A stretch of DNA of 64,000 nt, taken from Chrysomallon squamiferum. Lineage: Eukaryota > Animalia > Mollusca. Shown here in pieces: positions 58,601 to 64,000 of this stretch. The notes under the pieces are model-generated. The model was not told the origin of the DNA and ran no database searches. It saw nothing but the letters and a program-made list of their open reading frames with translations. Position 1 is the first letter of the stretch. Every line of letters starts with the position of its first letter. The stretch is from assembly GCA_012295275.1 (NCBI GenBank), contig CM022672.1, forward strand, positions 22,258,001-22,322,000, written 5' to 3'. Both the position numbers and the translations under genes were made by a program.

Positions 58601-61600
58601 AACTGTTTTTTAAAATATGCAATGAGATTTCGATTTAGTTCAAAAATTCGATTTATCTGGAGATATGACCCCAGAAACTCTTGCAGCTAGGACCTTAGAG
58701 CATCACATAATTTACAAATCACCTGCTCTAATTATTAATGCTTCATGAAGTCATTATTTTAAACTTACGCTGCCAGTTGCTGCTGCTGTTTTCTCAAACA
58801 GTACTCTGTATTCTTCTGACTGCTGTCTGTCATGGTCATTGTCTGCAGTTCACAGGTGGAAATATTCACTTCAAACTGAGCCGATTCCTCACCACAGTGG
58901 GGACAGTAATATCTGTTGTCTTTAAAAACCTGGCACTGTTTATGGAAGCTGTGAGTGAAGTGAGCGCTGTCTTTTCTGCATTGATAAAATGTGCCCTGAA
59001 ACAAATAATGTTGAGTTTCGTAAATATACACAGAGACAGATATAAAAATCTAAATAATTATCATTTCAGTTGGCAGTAGGATGTGGCTGTTAAAAGCAGA
59101 AGTATCACATTTAATGTTATTTGTTACCGTAACATCTTTGAAAAAGACAGAAAACAGAAAATTAAAGTTTAAATTAACAATTTTAGGTGACCCCAGTTTA
59201 CATTTATTGACATCAGCGATTACTTACATCTTCATTAAGTCAGGGATTACTAAAACCATATTTCAAAATAAAATATAATTTGGTGTTTTTATTTTTTTCC
59301 CCACCCACACATAAAAGATGTAGTTGTATCAAGCAATGTGAAAAAGGAACAAAAACAAATAATAATAACAAAAAAATAATAATAACCAGTAGTAGTAGTA
59401 GTATCATAATCATAATCATCAATGTCACTGTCATGAAAACAACTGATTATTAAAATTGTAATTACCCTAACACAGAAGTGACCACAACCAGGACAGCACT
59501 GATGAAGTTTCAATCTTTTGCGATGATTTTCACAAATTGCCATAAATGGAATCTTCACTGCTGGTCTGACTAGCTGACTGTTGGAAACTTTGCTGCAACA
59601 GCCCAAAATCTGATAAAGAAGACATTACTGTTAATATTTCTAGCTTTCGTAAGAAAAATAATGTAGTAAGAATTTAGTATGTGAAACATTTTAAGAAAAC
59701 CATTATTAAGTAAATGAATTTTATGATTAATAGTTACTATATTAAATAAATCAACTAAGTGATTCAAGGTTCTATGTAATTAAAATACTACGTATAACTA
59801 AATTACACACACACACACACAAATCAGTGATTTTCATAAAAGTATTATAAAACAAATAGATAATTATAAATAATTATGCTCTTTATGATAAATGAGTATA
59901 TTCCAACTTACTTTCCCATCAACTGAGTCAAGAGCCTGGCAGTAAAGAATTTTTGATCCCAGTTTAGTAAATGATGTCCCATTGAGTTTACAGCAACACA
60001 ATGGAATGATACTTTTGTCTGGGGATACACCACTAGGGACAGCCTGAAAGAGATAAGTCAAATTTTAGAGCAGTTAGCTATGGCCTATCATACAATAAAC
60101 AAATATTTAAGGAAAATAATAAACTATAAAATGCTTGGAAATGCTTGCATGAAGAGTAAACAACATTCCCTTTCTGCCTTTGTGTATTTGTACATGGCTA
60201 TATGGTGATTCGTGTATCATATAACAAAATTAGAAATTGTTATTTATGAAGATTCAATACAAAACAAATAAATTAAAAAATTATTATTACTATAACCTGT
60301 TATGACACAAAATTCATTACCGTTTTCAAACCTTTAAGTATGAAACAAAAGTTAAACATATTTATAAATAAGAGGTTGTAGTGGGTTTTTTTGTGTGTGT
60401 GTATTATTTTCTAAAACTAAAAGAGTACTAACTGCAGTTGAACCATCTTCACCAGCAGCAGCTCCATCTTCTGGTGTTTTTGGAGGAGTTACTGGATAGC
60501 ACAATCCATTTGGAGTAGACATTATCTTTGTTTCTTGACCTATATTTGAATTCTTCATGGATGACTGTTTGGCTTCCTGGGTGATAGTCATCCCAGTTTG
60601 GTGAGGAATGTCTGACTGCTTACAAGTAAGCAACGCCCTCAAAGCCTCAGAGTTCTTAACTGAACTGCAATTCTGTGACAGCTGAGGAATGCCAGAACTT
60701 TCAGAGAACCACAGTTTGGAAATGTAACTGGAAACGTGGAGTCTTTGTTAGCACTACAATCCTGAGATGATGATGTTAGGTCATTTTTAGTCACTGCAAT
60801 GTAATGCTTAGATGAAACACTATCTAACTGAGAGTCCAAATTCTTCACAGCAACTAAACGAGTGGATGGAATGGACAGGTCAGATGATGAAGGGTTTATT
60901 GGAACAAGAGCTTGGTTAACACATGCTTGAGCAATAGTAGGGCTGGCCATGTCATGCTGACTAGACAGTAATGATGACTTTGGCAAGAGAGATCGAAGGC
61001 CTGGAGTTGGCGGATGGTGGCCAGAAACTACAGTGATGATTGGAATTTTGGGTGGGAGCTCTCCAGAAGACGATCTGTGCTTTTTATCTGAAATACAAGA
61101 ATTAAAAAATGATTAAGAAATTATGATTTTATTTAGAAAGATAGAAGGTCAACAGACTCTGAAAGTCACATGAGATGAACTAAAATGTCCAGTTTCTTTT
61201 GTTGTACATATAAATTTTTTATTTTGGAATATTAATGAACTTTTATCCTTAATTATATTATGTATAAAAAAAAACAACATAGAATTACATTGTAAACAAA
61301 ATTTCAATGACTGAGATCTTATTCTTCACTATACATAAAAAGTGCTTTCCTTTACCTTTTTGAAATATTATGTCCTTCTTGTTCTCACACACAATTTAAT
61401 GCATACAGTTTTCAGAGTTTTCATGAAAAGAGAATAATCAGTAACTTCTCACATTTAGATGCAGGAATACTTTTTCAACTTATAGTTTAAATGTAATTTA
61501 TTACACCACTTTCTTTGCCTTTTCTAAATGTTTATTATAAAGTTTATATGATGTACTATCACATCAAAACTCAAATATAAGAATTTTTCATTTCATCAAA

Positions 61601-63916
61601 CTATATATGAATTCACTTTTCTCGAAAAGTGGTTATTCACTGCCATAAAAACAAAAGTCCTTTTCTTTGTTATAGATCTCTGTTTAACATTTCACCTATG
61701 AATTTATTAACTTAGTTTCCAAACTACAGATTTTTGGAGCATCTGTTTTTTTTAATCCAAAATATTTTCAATACCTTATCAGTCATATTATTTTAAAATG
61801 AACCTGTATAATAATTTCTTATTTTCAAACAAATTCTACTGTATATTAAAATGAACACAAAACTGTACATAACCTATTTTATATATCTGAAGATTGTTAC
61901 TGCTTTGTTATTTTTTGGATTTGTTTGTCTCACATTGACAATTCACCAAGAATAAAAAGAAAAACCCATCCGTAACTTTATTTCCATCATTCTTGAAATG
62001 CTGAATGACTGATCATATCAGTAACTGACAAAGTAGTACTAGGTTTTAAAATGTAAAATTTCATATAAATACATACAACATATAGTCATACACACACTCA
62101 GTATTACAAGTGTGTGTGTGTGTGTCTGTGTGCATGCATGTCTGTTTTTCACCATTTTCTTTGTCAGGGGAAGGGATAAGGTTAAGACACTTAGATACAT
62201 GCGAAGCAAGCAAGAACAAAACAACAAAAACTAACCAGAAGTACAGACAGACATGTCAGGGCCAGCATCATGCGATGTTTGCAAACCACTTTCATCAGAG
62301 TCTGACGAAATAAACAAAAACTGCTACTCTTTAAAAAAGCTGAACTAATGCTTTAATTTTTAATCTAAAAATTACTTCTCAGAATTTGATTTTTTTTTTT
62401 TTTTCTTCCAAGCATATACAAAAACCATTTATCCAAAGAATCATTTTATTCTTCCATACAGAGAAGAAAAAAAGGCTGATGATAACAAGTATGTATAATA
62501 TTAATTTTTATAATGAAATGAAAACATTATACAACAAAAGTATATGTGGATAAAATTAATACTGTTTTATTTTTGCTACCTTTCTGAGAAAAACTGTGAC
62601 AGTGTCATTATAAATAATTTACACATGATGATCTTACAACCATTAAATTATTATTGACTATTCTCTCCATGCATAAATATTTTTGGATACAAATCAATAT
62701 CATTTACACAAAAAACATATATAACACAGACAATATTTATATAATAAAAAAAAAGACAAAAAGTAATTTTTGTTTGTTAATCTATATGCACACTAACAGA
62801 AAAAAATAATAAAGATTAAAATACACAATAAATACATATAATGTAAATAATAAAGACACTATCTATGCATATCTATATCTGATAAATTAAAACATAAACA
62901 GAACTAATTTTTGTTTGGTTAACCTAGCTGCACACTAACAGAAAATAATTGTTTTAAAAACTTAAAAAAGAAATTTAAAAATATAGATAAAATACACAAT
63001 GAATACATACCTGGAGATTTTCTTTTTCGGAGGGTTTTTCTAACACCATTTCTTTCTACCTCATTTTCACCTGATTTTATAAAAAAATCTAAAAGTTATT
63101 TTTAAATAAATCAAAAGAAAATTCAAATATAAATAGTAAGGATCAAATTATACCTAATTATGGATTTAAAATATTCAAAGAAAAACTATTCTAGAATAAT
63201 CCAAAATATTTTTTTATCAGAAGAATGCTAAAATTATTTACATTTAGAAAGACATTAAAAAAAATAAAGAGATTAAAAATGTGCTTAAAACATTAGATGA
63301 ATCTGCGTATCAGAGCTGAAATACAGTGTAGAAAAAACATACAGCCTTCTCTGCTTTCATCCAAGTCTGCTTCAAAACCATCAGTTCCTGAAAAAAAAAA
63401 AAAAAAACAGAGATAAAATCAAACTGAAATATAATAAAAACGTCCCAATGTTTTTAAAAAGTAAATTGAAATGAATAAATTTCTGTATTTTCTAATTTAA
63501 AAATTTCAAGGTCAGTTTAACATAGCATTGTATATGTAGTCTGATTTTCCGTATGCATGTTATTTGGTCAAATGAAAGGAAACACTTTCAAATGCAAAGA
63601 TAAGAGTAATTATTCTTAACCTGTGTACAAATTATTATATACCTATAAATAAATATGTATAAAGTGCTATTCTTTGAATGCCCCCCCCAAAAAAAAAAAT
63701 GTTAGTTAGCCAAAGGAAAGGAAACAGATTTTCAAATGCAAAGGTACAAGTAATTATGCCTTGACTTTTATACAAATATTTACATGCATATAAATCATAG
63801 TGTATGAAGGACTATTCTTTGTATGACCTGTATCTACAAAATGGAAATAAGAAAAGAAACCAGACAAACAAATAAAATGTGAAAAAAGTTCTACCTTGAA
63901 CAGTAGTGCCTGCCGA
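39642..63916 (-). CDS. EHMT1: Histone H3K9 methyltransferase G9a/GLP (EHMT1/2 co-ortholog), 25 coding exons in window, 5' end outside window
   Basis: Manually spliced GT-AG exons are phase-consistent except for the two anomalies in findings. They give the EHMT Cys-rich region ([25 protein letters not shown]), ankyrin repeats ([15 protein letters not shown]), pre-SET ([10 protein letters not shown]), SET ([28 protein letters not shown]) and post-SET (CACNNSKC), all recognisable against human G9a/GLP. Confidence 0.97.
45157..45332 (-). CDS. EHMT1: EHMT exon, SET core ([39 protein letters not shown])
   Basis: RFINH motif; canonical sites. Confidence 0.98.
45609..45728 (-). ncRNA. Intronic box C/D sno/scaRNA, copy B, U4-antisense (U91/SCARNA17 3'-domain-like)
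   Basis: Terminal stem GUAUC/GAUAC, box C AUGAUGA (45722-45716), CACUGCGCAAA (45710-45700) followed by a D'-like UUGA, internal hairpin, box D CUGA (45617-45614). Confidence 0.82.
46094..46221 (-). ncRNA. Intronic box C/D sno/scaRNA, copy A, U4-antisense (U91/SCARNA17 3'-domain-like)
   Basis: Terminal stem CUGUACC/GGUACAG, box C AUGAUGA (46213-46207), element CACUGCGCAAA (46201-46191), internal hairpin, box D CUGA (46104-46101). Sense to the host gene. Confidence 0.82.
46655..46733 (-). CDS. EHMT1: EHMT exon, SET ([26 protein letters not shown])
   Basis: Near-identical to G9a/GLP. Confidence 0.98.
47027..47113 (-). CDS. EHMT1: EHMT exon, SET N-terminus ([29 protein letters not shown])
   Basis: GWGV SET motif; GTGAGT donor. 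Confidence 0.98.
49180..49810. mobile_element. CpG-retaining non-autonomous DNA-element remnant in EHMT intron
   Basis: Internal repeat TTCGCTA(T/A)GCACATGCTA at ~49201 and ~49390. TGACCTTTGACC..CCAGTTTGGTGAAA motif recalls molluscan Helentron/HINE-like repeats. CpG-rich within a CpG-poor intron. Confidence 0.4.
50815..50999 (-). CDS. EHMT1: EHMT exon, pre-SET end ([27 protein letters not shown]); 3' boundary uncertain
   Basis: The acceptor is clear. Homology ends near 50886, and the only correctly phased GT follows a duplicated copy at 50814. Confidence 0.85.
51361..51438 (-). CDS. EHMT1: EHMT exon, pre-SET ([20 protein letters not shown])
   Basis: Pre-SET cysteines; canonical sites. Confidence 0.97.
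51788..51932 (-). CDS. EHMT1: EHMT exon, pre-SET start ([23 protein letters not shown])
   Basis: Pre-SET motif; canonical sites. Confidence 0.97.
52687..52790 (-). CDS. EHMT1: EHMT exon ([18 protein letters not shown])
   Basis: Resembles G9a WFALQLNRKL..RTEKII. Confidence 0.96.
53346..53409 (-). CDS. EHMT1: EHMT exon ([21 protein letters not shown])
   Basis: Ankyrin end; canonical sites. Confidence 0.96.
53845..53883 (-). CDS. EHMT1: EHMT exon ([12 protein letters not shown])
   Basis: 39 nt, phase 2-2; resembles LHIAARESYHDCV. Confidence 0.95.
54433..54548 (-). CDS. EHMT1: EHMT exon, ankyrin ([18 protein letters not shown])
   Basis: Resembles G9a EENICLHWA..HGDTP. Confidence 0.97.
54628..55219. 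repeat. 25-bp intronic minisatellite CCATTCCATCA(C/T)TATGAAAGGGAAT, about 23 copies
   Basis: Direct inspection. Confidence 0.95.
55519..55623 (-). CDS. EHMT1: EHMT exon, ankyrin with H3K9me-reading cage ([13 protein letters not shown])
   Basis: [11 protein letters not shown] matches the G9a motif. Confidence 0.97.
56201..56302 (-). CDS. EHMT1: EHMT exon, ankyrin ([16 protein letters not shown])
   Basis: Ankyrin motif; canonical sites. Confidence 0.96.
56516..56638 (-). CDS. EHMT1: EHMT exon, ankyrin ([18 protein letters not shown])
   Basis: Ankyrin motif; canonical sites. Confidence 0.96.
56932..57038 (-). CDS. EHMT1: EHMT exon, ankyrin (DGADPN..TPLHAAA..LHVLIQ)
   Basis: TPLH ankyrin motif; canonical sites. 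Confidence 0.96.
57598..57680 (-). CDS. EHMT1: EHMT exon, start of ankyrin region ([18 protein letters not shown])
   Basis: Canonical sites, phase consistent. Confidence 0.94.
58030..58096 (-). CDS. EHMT1: EHMT exon ([22 protein letters not shown])
   Basis: Resembles G9a PGPGREALEKAL; canonical sites. Confidence 0.92.
58402..58517 (-). CDS. EHMT1: EHMT exon ([13 protein letters not shown])
   Basis: ttttcag/GTTTG; phases 2 to 1 fit the neighbours. Confidence 0.85.
58769..58995 (-). CDS. EHMT1: EHMT exon ([19 protein letters not shown])
   Basis: Canonical splice sites; CPHCGE motif. Confidence 0.96.
59466..59609 (-). CDS. EHMT1: EHMT exon, Cys-rich ([18 protein letters not shown])
   Basis: Canonical splice sites; CCPGCG motif. 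Confidence 0.96.
59912..60043 (-). CDS. EHMT1: EHMT exon, start of Cys-rich region ([17 protein letters not shown])
   Basis: ctttcag/GTAAGT; resembles G9a CMATESVDG. Confidence 0.93.
60433..61087 (-). CDS. EHMT1: EHMT large low-complexity exon with an apparent 1-nt frameshift
   Basis: tatttcag acceptor and GTTAGT donor. The 5' part is in the frame of ORF 60639-60986 and the 3' part in the frame of ORF 60352-60642. Confidence 0.8.
63011..63070 (-). CDS. EHMT1: EHMT exon ([23 protein letters not shown]-like)
   Basis: cag acceptor, GTATGT donor, 60 nt, phase consistent. Confidence 0.75.
63343..63387 (-). CDS. EHMT1: EHMT exon ([15 protein letters not shown])
   Basis: polyT-cag acceptor, GTATG donor, 45 nt, open frame. 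Confidence 0.75.
63567..63825. repeat. Diverged ~140-bp intronic direct duplication
   Basis: GAAAGGAAACA..TTTCAAATGCAAAG..GTAATTAT..TACAAAT..TGTAT..CTATTCTTTG occurs twice. Confidence 0.75.
63895..63916 (-). CDS. EHMT1: EHMT exon (22-nt micro-exon, SAGTTVQ)
   Basis: tttttttcag acceptor and GTAG donor; phase joins the next exon. No homology support. Confidence 0.65.
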
Positions 63917-64000
63917 CTGAAAAAAAATAATTAAAAATCAGTTTTTAAATTGTGTACAACCAATGAGAATATTACAGTATTCTCTATCTTGACAAATCAA

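Noticed and set aside
63567-63825. Intronic duplicate pair considered as further snoRNAs
   Set aside because: No C/D or H/ACA boxes or covarying stems were found on the minus strand.

Overview
AT-rich, microsatellite-dense animal genomic DNA. The repeat style suggests a mollusc, possibly a gastropod (inference, not a database result). The right ~24 kb (39642-63916, minus strand) holds 25 traceable coding exons of a G9a/GLP-type H3K9 methyltransferase gene (EHMT1/2 co-ortholog) with a Cys-rich region, ankyrin repeats and pre-SET/SET/post-SET domains. Its 5' end lies beyond the window. One intron carries a tandem pair of box C/D RNAs with covarying stems and an 11-nt antisense element to the 5' end of U4 snRNA (U91/SCARNA17-like); this is the most interesting find. 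The gene also has a 1-nt frame break in its large exon and an in-frame duplication that displaced a pre-SET splice donor. The left ~35 kb has no recognisable coding sequence. It consists of microsatellites, several minisatellites, tRNA-SINE remnants and many CpG-rich unique blocks that look cis-regulatory, and CpG content drops sharply on entering the gene domain. Almost all ORFs in the supplied track are microsatellite artefacts.
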